DNA from: Lama glama
Taxonomy: Eukaryota
Assembly (NCBI GenBank): GCA_028534125.1
Contig: CM052851.1
Span: forward strand, 2,294,001-2,358,000
DNA length: 64,000 bases
Direction: 5' to 3'
The notes under the pieces were generated by a model that did not search any database, was not told the DNA's origin, and saw only the letters and a list, made by a program, of their open reading frames with translations. The first letter of the stretch is position 1, and every line of letters begins with the position of its first letter. Made by a program: the position numbers and the translations under genes. Positions 22,768-35,550 of this stretch are shown piece by piece.

Positions 22768-24870
22768 CTTTGGAGAGAGATGTGGGAAGAGGCTGCAAAC
22801 TTGGAGGAGGGGTACCATTTCTTGGTGGACCAATCACTTCCCCTCTCCGGGGAGGAGAGTTGCCATCTGCCTTACCATCTGATTCTTCTCCCTGTTGGAG
22901 GCTGTTGGTCTCTGTGTCTGAATGGGCGAGGCCAGAGCCCTGGGTCTTGACTTAACACAGTCTCGGGGTGGGCAGGTCTGCCGTTATCCACTCCAGGAAA
23001 CCATCAGGTCCTCAGTGGATGTGAACGGGGTCACCCAGCCCTTTGCAGGTATCACCCGCGCAGCTGGAGGGGACAGCCCATGGGACAGCTTTCGTGGAAG
23101 GACTGCCTCAAATTGCGGCCTTCCATCATCCCTCTGGCACCTGCTGAAGTTCTTGGGGGCCCTTTCCTGGTGCTGAGCCCTGATCATGGCTTTCAGCATC
23201 GGGCCGGCTATCTAAACTGAACATTTTTAGAATCCTATGATCAGCTGCTTTCAGATCCAGACTTTAAAAATCCCATCTTGTGTCCCCCAGGGTCGCGAGC
23301 CGGACTCTGAGCACCAGACGTGCCCGGCTGCTGTGATGGCGGCCAGCCAGCCTGCCGAGTGATTGCCCCGTCTTGCTTGTCAGCAGTTGAGGGAGCAGCT
23401 GGAATGACCGCCGAGGGAGGGTTTAGTAGTTAGCCTGTCCAGTCTCGGCTTGCAGCTCTGCCAGGACAGTACGTGTGGGTGCGTGGGCTGCAGACTGCGG
23501 TGTCGCCTCGCCAGTGCGCCCAGCCTGAGCCCCCTCCCCGGCTGCATCCGGAGGCCATGTGCCCAAGCTCACCGCTCTTGCAGCGATGACAGAAAAGAGG
23601 ACCCAGGAAGGCAGCAGTAGGGCTGGACCTGACCTTCATGTGCGTGTGGAACGCTCCTGCCATCACAAGTCTGCTTTTAGTTAAAGGTAACCAGCTTTCC
23701 TGCCGTTTCAGAGACAGACGGCGGATATGGCGCTTTAAGGCACTACATGGGGGGTAAGCAACCCAAAGAGGCAGTTCATAGAAGGAGCGAGGGGCGTGAT
23801 GCACACACCAGCAGAGAGCTGCTCCAATCCGCCCTGCTCCGAGACCGCAGATGCAAACAGGGAATTCCCTGGACACCCGGCAGGTCTGTAAGGGGTAGAG
23901 TGTGGCCAATGCCAAGTCCTGGCAAGGTGGTGGTGGGGCGGCAGGAGCCTTCCAGAATCGCCTGCCCTGGGGGCAGATCTGGACGCACCAGGCTGGGAAG
24001 GATGCACAGGGGGTCCTGCGGGCCAGCAGTCAGGCTTGGGAAGGTGTGCCCCAGAGAAACTCTCCTGGCACCCTCCCTCCTCAGCAGGACACGCGCACTG
24101 TCTGTGCACATGAGGGCGTCGGGCAGCCCAGCATCCAGCAGTCAGTGCTGCCTTCATAAAACATCATGAAATGGCAGATGGAACCGTGCTGTCCTGATTA
24201 GCGGAATTCTCCAGATTCAGGAGTTGGTAAATTATCCTTTTTTTTTCCACCCGCCTTAAACCACCTGAGATGAGCTCCACGCCCTGGGGATCTTGGGACT
24301 GACAGGATCCTGTCTGACGGAGAGGGCTCGGCCGATAGTCCTCCCCAGGCAAGGCTGTGGCAGGGGTCTCCGGGGCACATCTGTAGAAGACACGCATGTT
24401 CGGTTCCACAGACTCACCCCATCTCGTGTCATGTCCTGAGCACCTTCCACATGTCCATCTCCATCCTTGACTTGGGGGCAGGGAGAAGAGCAAGACATGG
24501 TCATGCAGTTAGAGACCTCACGGGGCAGTGGAGCCCGGACAAGAAGCCTGCATGGACCGAGTAGAGATGGAGACAGGGATGAGGGGATGAGGGAGGACCA
24601 GGGAGCACCTCTGCCTCAGAGGAAGGGACATCTCCCAGCAGTGGCTCTGGGGGATGGCAGAGGTCCAGGTCAGCTCAGTGAGGGGTCGCAGGGGGCCGGG
24701 AGAGGAGCCACACGGCCTTGCTCGGCCTGAGAAGGTCTCCAGGAGGCAGAGATGTTCCCTGGGCTGTGGCTGGGCCGGGGGAGGGGCCCGGGGTTGGGGG
24801 GGCTGGTTATCATACTTGCTGATTCCCATGGTGTGCATGTTCCCTCCGTGGGCAGTTGCAGGCACCACAG

Positions 24871-25327
24871 TGTATTAGCCAGCCTCACCAGGGAAACAGA
24901 GCCACTAAGACAGAGCTGTATATCTCTCTGTTCATCTCTGCCCAGAGGTATTAATGATAAGGAACTGGTTCATGTGATTACGGCCACTGAGAAGTCCAGA
25001 CCCCAGAGAACCAATGGTGCAACTTCCAGTCTGAATCTGAGTTCAAAGGCAGGACACCAATGTTCCATCTCAGAGACAGCCAGGGAGAGAGTGAACTTTT
25101 CCTTCCTAAGCCTTTTGTTTGAGTTAGACCTGCCTTCAACTGATTGGATGTGGCCCACCCACTCCAGGGAAGACCATCAGCTTGACTCAGTCTATGGATT
25201 CAGATGTTAATCTCATCCAGAAACATCCTCCCAGACACATCCAGAATCACGTTTGGCCAAATATCTGGGCTCCTTCCATCCCCCTCCGTGGCCCAAGGCA
25301 AGGTGGCGTGTAAAATTGACCCTCACA
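24871..25327 (-). mobile_element. ERVL solo LTR (MLT2B-like)
   Basis: TG...CA ends; ccttcaactgattggatgtggcccaccca; gttaatctcatccagaaaca; 5-bp TSD cacag/catag. Confidence 0.9.
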
Positions 25328-27477
25328 CATAGTGGCATGTGACCCTCACACACCGTGGCGTGGTTGACCGCAGAGCTGTGGAGAAATGTGTCCAGCTGCC
25401 TCTTGAGCCAGTGCCAGCCGCTCTGGCATGCGGCAGCCTGGGCCCCATCGCCGCCTCCCGCCCAGCTCCCAGTCCTCTCTGGGTTTCCCAGGCTCCACGC
25501 ATTCTTGAACAGACCTTTCGGTCCAGTGAGGTCTTTCTCACGGAGGACGTCCGGCATCTCGGAACAATCCTGCCCTGTTTTAGTGTCTGCGGTAAACAAG
25601 AGGGATTATGAAGAACAGCCTCCTTCTTCCTGTTTCTTGCCCCACAGAACCCACCCAACCAGCCGGGCCTGCTCTGAGCCAGGTTCCCAGGGCCTGGCAG
25701 CTTCCACGTCTCCTCTGGTCTACAAGAAGCCTCGAGACACTAGAGCCCAAGGGGGTTCTGAGAAGTGGGCATCTCCCCTCTCCACAAGGGCTGACCGTCC
25801 CTCAGCTGCCCGTTCTTCTGCTAGATCATACAATCCCTTAAGAAAACCAGTTCACTCATCCCTCACTGAGCACGTGTATCCAACGCACAGCAATCGGGAC
25901 TTCTCTGTGCCTGGGACCAAACTCGCACTGAGGTTACAGAAGGGACCAAGCTACGGCCCCTCTCTCAGTCTAACTGGGGGGGAGGGACTCCTGCCAGAGA
26001 AGGTCAGGCCCCTGCTGCCAATGCTTTCCTGGGAGGAACGGAGGATGCCGAGATGTCACCCAGCCTCAGGACATCAAGGCAGGCTGCTTGGAGGAGGCGC
26101 TGTTTCAGAAGAGCCCTGAGTACTCCATGGGGTTGGAACTGTCCGGAAGCAACGGGAACCGCATTCTTAGCAGAGGAAACACCCTCGGCCAAAAAGGTGC
26201 TCCTCTGCGATGTGTTGGGTTCCCTGGGGAGCCGAGGGAAGCCTGGTGGGCCATGAGCATCAGACAGACTCAGAGGTAGCGCCAGACCACGGCCAGCCCC
26301 TATCTTGTGGGGCGTGGGATTCATTCTGCAGACAGCAGAGGCTCCCCGGTAGGTACGGAGCATGGTCAGCAGTGGGAGCTTTTTCTACAATCCTCACGGG
26401 CCAGAAGTGGCCTCCTTGTTGCCAGAGGACCACAGATCTTGGGGGAGGATCCTGAAGTTCCCTGGGATCCACCGTCACCCCACTGCCTTCTTAAAGATGC
26501 TCTCAGATGCGGCTGCATCTTGTAGGTAAAGGTGGCCGCTCTGGGGCCACCAGCAGCTGCCTGGGCTTCTGAGGACACAGTGCTTAGCACATCTGGGGAC
26601 AGAAGGGGACCCAAAGGTGCCACGGGTTGTCACAGCGGGGAGAGTAACCCCGCCCCCACCCCCCGCTCTGGATTCCGGAAGGTCCCGGGACTGCGTGTGG
26701 ACAAAGGTGCGCTGTTTTGCTGCCAGCATCATCACCGATCTCACCCAGCCTCCCCGGCGAACAAAGAGCTGTTTGAGGACTCTGCGTTCCTGCTTCCTAA
26801 GCCTCTCTTATTTATCTTCCTCAAGGTGCAGGTGAGTCAAGCGAGGGAGGCCCAGCAGGGGAGATGCAGTGGTTCCTGGCTCTCCAGCTACACATGCCCT
26901 GTGAGCCGCCCTGGGGCGGCCCCGCCAGGCACGGAGCCCAGACAGGAGGGCCTGTGAGCGGGGCTCTGCTCAGACCTTCCAGCCTCTTCAATTTCCTTGA
27001 GAGTTTTTGTGGCTGCAGCCCAGTGAACGATGACCTGAGCCAAAACATAAATGTATGTGTTTTATGTTAAATCACACCAGAGTCGTATTTCCTGTTGCGG
27101 GAGGTCAGACCGTAAGTCGAGCAGCAAGGTCACCGCAAGGTCCTTGTTACCTACAGGGGAGGCCGTTGCCAGTGTCGGTCCAGGGCTCCTCCCCCGCCCC
27201 ACAGGCCTGGGACCGTTACCTAAACAATCCGGGGTCGTGCTTACCGGGTCCGCTGGTTCCTGTGAGGACTCGAGTCCGGGCCAGTGCCTTTCCCACAGAC
27301 GGTTTGTCAGGTTCTGAGACATGGAGCAGCTCCCCGCCAGGATGTCATTCCATGCTACACAGCGCTGGGAGACAAGCACTACTATCTCCCCTGCTTCCAG
27401 GGCAGAACCAGGCTCAGAGCGCTGACATGCAACAGCCGGGGTCGCACAGCTAGCAGGCGGCGGGGCTGGGAGCTCAT

Positions 27478-28330
27478 TATTTTACAACTTGATTGATGTA
27501 TAATCAAAGTACCACAAACCGCCCATATTTGAAGTGCATAATTTGGTAAGTTTTGACATGTCTACACACCAAGGATTTTAGCCTCAGCACTGCTGGCATT
27601 TGGGGCTGGGGAAGTCTTTGTTATGGGGGGCTGTCCAATGCATTAGAGGATGTTTGCAGCACCCCTGAAGGCCTCCCCCTGCCAGATACCAGTAGCAAGT
27701 CCCTGCCCCAGGAGTGACAACAGAAATGTCTCCAGACAGTGCCACACGAGGGGCAAAACATCCCTTCCAGGGAACCACGAGTGTGTGGTGTTTGCCCGTG
27801 AAACCAGCACCGCCATGGAGATGGTGAACCCAGCTATCACCCGCCAAGGCCCCCTCGTGCCCGTGGTGGTGCCTTCTTCCCCTGTAACCCCCCACCCTAG
27901 GCACCTGCCTGTTTTCTGTCAGTCTAGATTTTTCTACTATTTTCTGGACTTTTATATACTTGGAATCATACAGTATGGATTTTTTTTAAGTCTGGTCTTC
28001 CCTGAGCATCATTATTTGGAAATTGACCCAGATTGACGCCTGTGTCAACAGCTCACCTCTCTATGTTCCCGACTTGTCTCCGAGGTGTGGGTGTGCCACA
28101 CTTTGCTCATCCGTTCACCTGCTGCTGGACGTCTCTGCTGTTTCCAGCTTTTGGCTGTTACAAATAGAGCTGCTGCAAACATTCAGGCACATGCCTTCAT
28201 GTGGATTCGTGCTTGCTTTTCTCCTGAGCCAGTACCTCAGGGAGATGGGCTGGGTCTTAGGGAGAGGGTGTGTTTAATGTTTCAAGATCCTGCCACCCTG
28301 TTTCCAAAGTGGTCACGACTCTGACTCCAA
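27478..28330 (-). mobile_element. Old L1 3' region (L1MB/L1MC-like) interrupted by MER20
   Basis: cccatatttgaagtgcataatttggtaagttttgaca...gtttccagcttttggctgttacaaatagagctgct. Confidence 0.8.
27568..27779 (-). mobile_element. MER20 hAT-Charlie MITE
   Basis: cctcagcactgctggcatttggggctgg...gtgacaacagaaatgtctccagacagtgcca. Confidence 0.85.
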
Positions 28331-29111
28331 GTTCCCCAACCTCTGGACAGAGGCCAGCATAGACCCCAACCAGGACTTGCCCCCCAGCTGGGCCCACACC
28401 TTAGCCCTCAGGTCTTACCTTCTACATCCATGAGGGTGAAACTGCCTCCTGGGAGCCTGGGGCCTCCCTTGACCTCAGGATGAGTCACATTCTGTGGATA
28501 AATTAGCATTTTCAATGACTTAACTCTTTCAAACCAGGAGAGATGCTCCCCTTGAAAAAAACAAAACAAAAAACCCGTCTTCTTGGGAACCTGCCTCCAC
28601 ACGTCAGCTTTCACTCGGCTGTTTCACACACTGATGTGTCAAGTTCTATCTGACTTTATATTCCCTTGGTTGCTTCCACGAATAACATAGTTGGGTCATA
28701 GAAATGAGCACACACACAATTTACAGAGAACCTAATATGTAAATTTATGTTCTTTCCCTTCACGTGAATCCATCTCTTAACTGCAAATTCCACTAACATG
28801 GAAGAAATTGTCATCTCCAGGGCAAGCCTAGAAGTGCTGGAGAAATGACCGGATCCTTGGGAAATTTTTCCCTTTCTTTAAACTCCTTTAATACAGATTT
28901 AAAAATTGATCTAACAACATGATAGATAATCCTGCATTCCTGCACTAAATGAGATTTATCTTTTGAAGCTAAGTATAAACCTTTCAACTAGGTAACCAAG
29001 TAAGAGTACAAAGACTTTTCTTATTTCTAGAAACGTGGGGATTAAAATTTAATCCATAATTTTAATGAGAAACAGATTAGTTCTGTGTAGTACATGAAGA
29101 ATTAGTCCCAG

Positions 29112-29975
29112 CAAATGAAAAAAAAATGCTCAATATTGCTACTTATCAGAGAAATGCAAATCAAAACTACAGTGAGGCATCACCTCACACCAGTCAGAAT
29201 GGCCATCATTCAAAAGTCCGCAAACGATAAATGCTGGAGAGGGTGCGGAGAAAAGACAACNNNNNNNNNNNNNNNNNNNNNNNNNNNNNNNNNNNNNNNN
29301 NNNNNNNNNNNNNNNNNNNNNNNNNNNNNNNNNNNNNNNNNNNNNNNNNNNNNNNNNNNNNNNNNNNNNNNNNNNNNNNNNNNNNNNNNNAAAACTCTAA
29401 TTTGAAAAGCTACATGTACCTCAGTGTCCATAGCAGCACTCTTTACAGTAGCCAAGACATGGCAACAATGTTCATCAACAGACGACTGGATAAAGATGCC
29501 GTGATGTATTTATACAATGGAATACTGCTCAGCCATTAAAAAGAATGAAATACTGCCATTTGCAGCAACATGGATGAACCTGGAGATTGTCATGCTAAGT
29601 GAAGTAAGTCAGAAAGAGACAGAAAATTCCATATGTTATCACTTATATCTGGAATCTAAAAAAGAAAAAAGACAAATGAGTTTTGTTATTAAACAGAAAC
29701 AGAGTCAGACATAGAAAACAAACTTAGGGTTACCCAGAGGGAAAGGGGGTGGGAAGGGATAAATTGAGAATTTGAGATTTGCAGTACTAACTACTATATA
29801 TAAAATAAACAAGTTTCTACTGTAGAGCACAGGGAGCTATATTCAATATCTTGCAGTGACCTATAATGAGAAAAAATATGAAAAGGAATATATGTATGTA
29901 CATGTATGACTGAAACGTTATGCTGGACACCAGAAATAGACACAGCATTGTAAACTGACTATTTAATTAAAAAAA
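29112..29975 (+). mobile_element. 5'-truncated lineage-specific L1 with TSD
   Basis: ORF2 C-terminus [21 protein letters not shown], 3' UTR, poly(A); TSD aagaattagtcc at 29097-29108 and 29976-29987. Confidence 0.95.
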
Positions 29976-30530
29976 AAGAATTAGTCCTGGATACAATATT
30001 ATTTTAGACCATTATGTCTTTTCACTCAGAGACTGATTAAATTTTACTTTTTTTGGCTAGTTGGTGAATTGGAGTCATTTGAAAATTTGGCTACCAGGGA
30101 ACATTTCTAGAATGACACAAAGAAATTATGATCTCTGATGAGTGAGACTGGGGGTCAGAGTAGGAGAAAAACTGACTTTATTCATTGGATATCCCTTTCA
30201 TAATGTTTGGATTTTTTTTTTACTGTATGTGGGATAGTTTTATAATTTAAAAAGAATGCAGAAAGTGATAAGTGAAGATATCACCCATAATTTTCAGTAT
30301 GAAGAGGCAAATATATTTTCACAAGTGAATTTTTATGTTTATGTATATACTCATGCATATGAAGTTATAAAAGTTTATATAATGGCAAACATATTTTCAA
30401 ATTAGTCATTTTTCAAACTAACGTATATTGGAGATGTCTTGCTATATTAGCAAACATAACTTATTTGATGCTAATCTTCAATGTTAGTCTGTGATTGGGC
30501 CAAGGGCTCAGGGTGTTTCAGATTCTGAAT

Positions 30531-30980
30531 GTATCAGTCAGTTTTTGCTTCAGTAACAAATATCCCTGAAATCTAAGTGGCTTTCTGCACCCAAACATGT
30601 GTTTCTTACTCACAAGACTGTGGGGTGGGAGTGGAGGGAGGCGTGGCTCTGCTGGGCCCCTGGGCTCCATGGGGCTGGGTCCCGGGCTGTGGGTCAGATG
30701 AGCTACAGGTCAGCTCCAGTCTGTGTGTCCCTCATTCCAGGACTGCGGTTGAAGGAGGGCATGTCTGAGATGTGTTCTTTTCATGGAGGATGTCAGGAGG
30801 GTGTGAGGGCTGGCAAGCACCTACGCTGCGCTGCCACGGCCAGCTCAGAATGGGGGATCCTGTCCACCCAGTGAGCAAACTGAGTCAAAACAACAGGGTG
30901 GAGAAGGGTGTGCTCTGCCCACGGAGGGAGGGCAGGGTGGGGTGGGAGGAAGGAATAGTTATTCACCGAACAGTAACACA
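30531..30980 (-). mobile_element. Old MaLR LTR (MLT1I/J-like)
   Basis: tgtatcagtcagtttttgcttcagtaacaaatatccctgaaatctaagtggctt. Confidence 0.7.
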
Positions 30981-31154
30981 ATCTGGTGCACTATATTGAA
31001 AGAAAGAAAAAAGGACGTCGGGGCTCCGCTGGAGAAGCGACTAACTGAGCTTTTGTTGTTGGTACCGTAGTTCTTCAACTCTTCCTTCATATTGTTTTCT
31101 CAGACTTGAATTGCGAACGTGTCAGTGAGTAGAATGTATTTGTGCTACGAACAA

Positions 31155-31380
31155 CACCAACATTTGTACTCACCTTTTGAGCCCTTACTATGAGCATTTT
31201 ACTTGAATTCTTATTTAATTCTCACTACATGGGATAAGCTAGTGATCACTGTTATCCCCATTTGGAAGATGAGAAAACTGAGGTTTAGAAGGTGAATTTA
31301 CTTGTCCAAAGTCACACGAGTGGTAGGTAACAGTTAATTCAGGTCTGTTTGACTCCAAGAGGAGCTCTTCAATGCTGCCA
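31155..31380 (-). mobile_element. MIR SINE
   Basis: ttatccccatttggaagatgagaaaactgaggtttagaagg...cttgtccaaagtcacac. Confidence 0.85.
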
Positions 31381-31584
31381 ACTGTGAGGCCACTGTTTCA
31401 GGAAGCACACCTGTGACTTCAGTGGTCTCCCTATTGATATACTGGGGGAGTAGACTGCATGCCCCCTGGGAAAGGAAATTACCCAGGTGAGAATAGTCCA
31501 TCCAGTGACAGGAACCCTAAATGGGAGCTCAGTCCCCGGGAAGGTCGTTCCTGCACTTCTACACAAGACGCGGCCTCACTGTAA

Positions 31585-31936
31585 GCATTACGGAGGCCGG
31601 TCTACCCTGTTTCTGGTCCTCCTCCCCACCCTGAGCACGCTGCAGAGAAGTACTACATCCCCACCCCCCTGAGGTTCAGCATGGCCATGCCATGTTCCTT
31701 GGTCAATGATGAATCCGTGGAAGCAGGCATGGAGACGTTTAAGAGCTGGCAGGGGTTCTCCCAGAGCTCTCTTCCTTTGCCAGGACTATTTTGGAGGCAC
31801 CTAGAGGACAGCTGTTCTGGAAAAGCCACCCAGACCCACAGGGGTGAGAAAGAAACAGACCATTATTTTGTTAAACCAACTGGAATCAGGGGATGTTTGT
31901 TATCACAGTATAGCTCAGCCCATGCTGGCTGATACA
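31585..31936 (+). mobile_element. MLT1H/I-like LTR
   Basis: 3' end ttgttaaaccaactggaatcaggggatgtttgttatcacagtatagc...gctgataca. Confidence 0.7.
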
Positions 31937-33391
31937 TGTTCCTCCCAGCTGCTTCTGACATCACTCCTCTTTCTGTTTTGGAAGGATAGCTCTCCAATCA
32001 GGTCTTTTAAAAGAAGCACTTGTTCGTCTATGATGTTAAGGGCAAAAGAGTGAACCCAGGCTGCCACACTCTTCACTCTCTGATCTAAAACCAGCCTGGC
32101 TCCCCCTGGCAGCCCCAGCGCAGGTGGAGCCTCTGCAGTGAGAAGTACAGTGGGGCCCCTGCTGGCATCATCAGTTTCAGATGGGGCCAGCAGCTGCCCC
32201 ACGGCCCTTCCAGCCCTGCAGGCCGGTCCCTTTGTGCAGCTCTCAGGTCTTGGGCTCCTATTTCCAGCATCACATTAGAGGTGATGTAAGGATGCCCCTG
32301 GCTTGAATGTGCTGCCACCAGACAGTCCACGAAGCCATGGTCCAATTAGCCACCCGCCTCCCTCATGCCATTATCATCTGTACGTTTCCGCAATTTGCTT
32401 GGCTGGCTCTTTGACAGCAATTCCAGTAGCTATTAATCCCAAGACTCAGGAGACAGGTCTTGTTAAAAACTAAGGCAACCAAAGTGCTGAAATTAAGTCT
32501 TCTGAAGCAAGTCACAGTTCCAAGTGGGACAATATTTCAGCCCCGACCTCATGCTGCCGCGAGCAGGTGCAGGCACACCCTCTCCTTTGCCTGCACACGA
32601 CAGGACCCAGCTCAAACCTGGGAGCGAAGTGTCCACCCCCATCCTTCCCTAAGGCTCCGCCTGGGGAATCTTAAGCCACACAAAAGCCAACTCCATCTAG
32701 CTGCCTTTATTTTATTTTACTTTTTAACCATGCCTGCCACTTAATTTGCTATTTTTAACGACACACGTGGCACCAAAAACTCGTACCCACACGGGCCTCG
32801 GTAGCCATCCAAGTTCTCATTATAGAATCCAAAAGAAAAGAACAGAAAAGAAAAGAATTCAGATATGACCGCGGTCTATATTTAGTCGTATTAAAATAAC
32901 CGATTGCCTGCCTCACCACTGTCTTTGCGTCTTTTCCCTTCTTTCTTTGAGTCCCGTTCTCCTTTCGCCTTTGTATCTCTTATGGCAGCAAAATCCAGTC
33001 TTGTCCTGGCCTGTGATGCTCTTCCTGGAAACTCCCCGCAGCTTTCACGTGAAGAGGCACTCAGGGAATACGCGGAAAGGAGCCGGGAAGGGATCGTTAA
33101 GTGGAAGACACTGGTTATGACTCTTGGTGTGCATTCTGTAATTAAGTTATTACTGGGCCAATTAACCTTGAATGCCAGAGCCTATAGGACAGAGCCCTGT
33201 ATGGTGAGAGCATTAATCATTCCTAATGAAGGAGGCTTAGGAGGCCCTCTGGGTGGTCCAGGGGTTGAGCTGAAACCCCTGTTTTGTTCTCAGGGACCCT
33301 CCTGGTAGGGTTAGAAAGCCTGTAATCTTTCCTGGCTCACTCCTCCAGCCGGCACAGGGACCCCACTACAGAAACCACACTGGGCCCATTT

Positions 33392-34044
33392 GAAAAATTA
33401 AAAAAAATTTTTTTAAATTAAAATTTAGTTGATTTACAATGTTGTGTTAGTTCCTGGTGTGCAGCAAAGTGGTTCAGTTATATGTATATATGCAAATACT
33501 CTTTTCCATATTTTTTTCATTGTAGGTGTTATTATAAGCTATTGAATATAGTTCCCTGTGCTGTACTGTAGAAGCTTGGTGTTTATCTGTCTTACATATA
33601 GCAGTCTGTTTCAGCAAATACTCAATTCACAATTTATTCCTCCTTCCCCTTTCCCCTTTGGTAAGCATAAACTTGTTTTCTACGTCTATGAGTCTCTTCT
33701 GTTTTGTAAATAATTCATTTGTATCTTTTTTTAAGATTCCACATATAAGTGGTATCATATGATATTTTTCTTTCTCTGACTTACTTCNNNNNNNNNNNNN
33801 NNNNNNNNNNNNNNNNNNNNNNNNNNNNNNNNNNNNNNNNNNNNNNNNNNNNNNNNNNNNNNNNNNNNNNNNNNNNNNNNNNNNNNNNNNNNNNNNNNNN
33901 NNNNNNNNNNNNNNNNNNNNTTAGGCTGTTTTCATGTCTTGGTTATTGTAAATAGTGCTGCTGTGAGCATTGGGGTGTGCATACCTTTTCAAATTAGAGT
34001 TTCCTCTGGACATATGCCCAGGAGTAGGATTGCTGGATCTTGTG
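33392..34044 (-). mobile_element. Lineage-specific L1 3' end with TSD
   Basis: 3' UTR match; TSD acactgggcccattt (33377-33391) / acactgggcctgttt (34045-34059). Confidence 0.92.
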
Positions 34045-34886
34045 ACACTGGGCCTGTTTCACCTCTGCCTGAGCACATGCGGTAGCCAAGAGGGCTACCC
34101 CGGGACAGTCCACCGTGTTCCTGCAGGAGCCTGATCGGGCTCCTGAGGGGTGTGCCCACATGGCCGCAGGTGGGCCACGCACTGCCAAGAGGCACCACGG
34201 AGATTTTTTTGTCTTTTGTCCAATCAAATAATAAAATGAACACTTGCCACAGCCGTGAGCCCAAGAATGTGCTGTTTTTCAGACAGATTCCTGGTTGAAA
34301 TGGGCCACGCACGTCTAGGAGGGCACACCTACTGCTGACAAGAAGGAAGCCACGGCAGGAGATCTGACAGGCATGGAGAAAGACCGCAGCTCCTAGAATG
34401 TGAGACCGTGGTTGCCTGAGTCTGGAAGGACAGCTGGCCAGGACACAAACAGTTCCACTCAGCAGAGCCATTGGCAAGAAGTGTAGGGTGAGATTTTACT
34501 ATTGCTAAAAAAAAAAAAACCTTCCTAAGATTTAGGAAAAAAAGAAAGAAATCAATTAATTTTAATTGAAAATTTAATTTAAACATCAATTAATTTTACT
34601 CTTGTTAAAGAACCAAATCTGTATTCAAAGAATTGTGAAATGTGTTTTAAAATCAGTCTTCAATGCTTGCACCCCGAATTCTCGAGTTTCAAAGTACACT
34701 CCGAAGGCAGTGCAGCTGGGGCCGCTGACCCAATGTCAAGAAAGTTCTCTGTCTTGAACCCGAATCACAAGAGGTAGACAAAGTCTAATTCTCCTTCCAC
34801 CTGCCGTTTCTTCGGTGACTTGATTGCAGCCTCCTCAAGACTCCGTTTCCGGATTAAGCATCTCCAGCTCCCCAGTCACTTCTTGT

Positions 34887-35110
34887 AATGACAATCGCTC
34901 ACATTTAACGAACACCTAGTACGAAGCAGGCTCTGTGCTTAGCCACTTTCTGGGCATGACTTCGTTTACCGTCACAAAAGGCAACAAAACATGTACTCTA
35001 TGGTCTCTATTTGACAAACAAGGGATGGGGGGCTCAGCGTGCACAGGTAAGCCCCCAGCATTATGAGGCTGGTCCACCTGGAGCCAGGGCTCCTGCACCA
35101 GGTCACACGG
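34887..35110 (-). mobile_element. MIR fragments
   Basis: gctcacatttaacgaacacctagtacgaagcaggctctgtgcttagc. Confidence 0.55.
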
Positions 35111-35550
35111 CAGGTACCTGCTCCAAGCTGGGCCCGCCCACTAGGTGCCGCCTCTTTTGGAGGTGGCGTCTGTCCCCTGCGTTCTTCCACTGACCTGTCT
35201 TGCCAAATAGGTTCACATTCGCTTTGTTTGGGTTTCAGGGGGTTTGGGTGGGGTGGTTCTGAGGTCCACAGAGCGGCAGGGGGCCAATTAGCACCAGTGC
35301 AATTGTTCACAATGCAAATCGGAGAAATTCTGGAACCAAGGACGCTGTGTAGCCCTCCTCCCTGCTCGCCCCCCCGTCTCCTCCTCCCAAACTCGGGGCC
35401 ACCTCCCCCTCAGAGACGTGCCTGGAATGGAAGTGGACCCGGGGAGGGGCGATGCACTTCTACACGGGAGAGGTGGTCTCCCCCGAGAGGGACTTCTTAT
35501 CTTCCGTGTCTGCCTTGGCAAAATTTGGTTATCCTTTTAGTCTATTACTT

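Noticed and set aside
25140-25220. DUX-family motifs in the MLT2 LTR
   Set aside because: Both candidates (tgattggatgt, taatctcatcc) have two mismatches to TAAYYYAATCA
25355-26119. 254-aa ORF
   Set aside because: Non-ATG start, Ser/Pro/Arg-rich, no recognisable family
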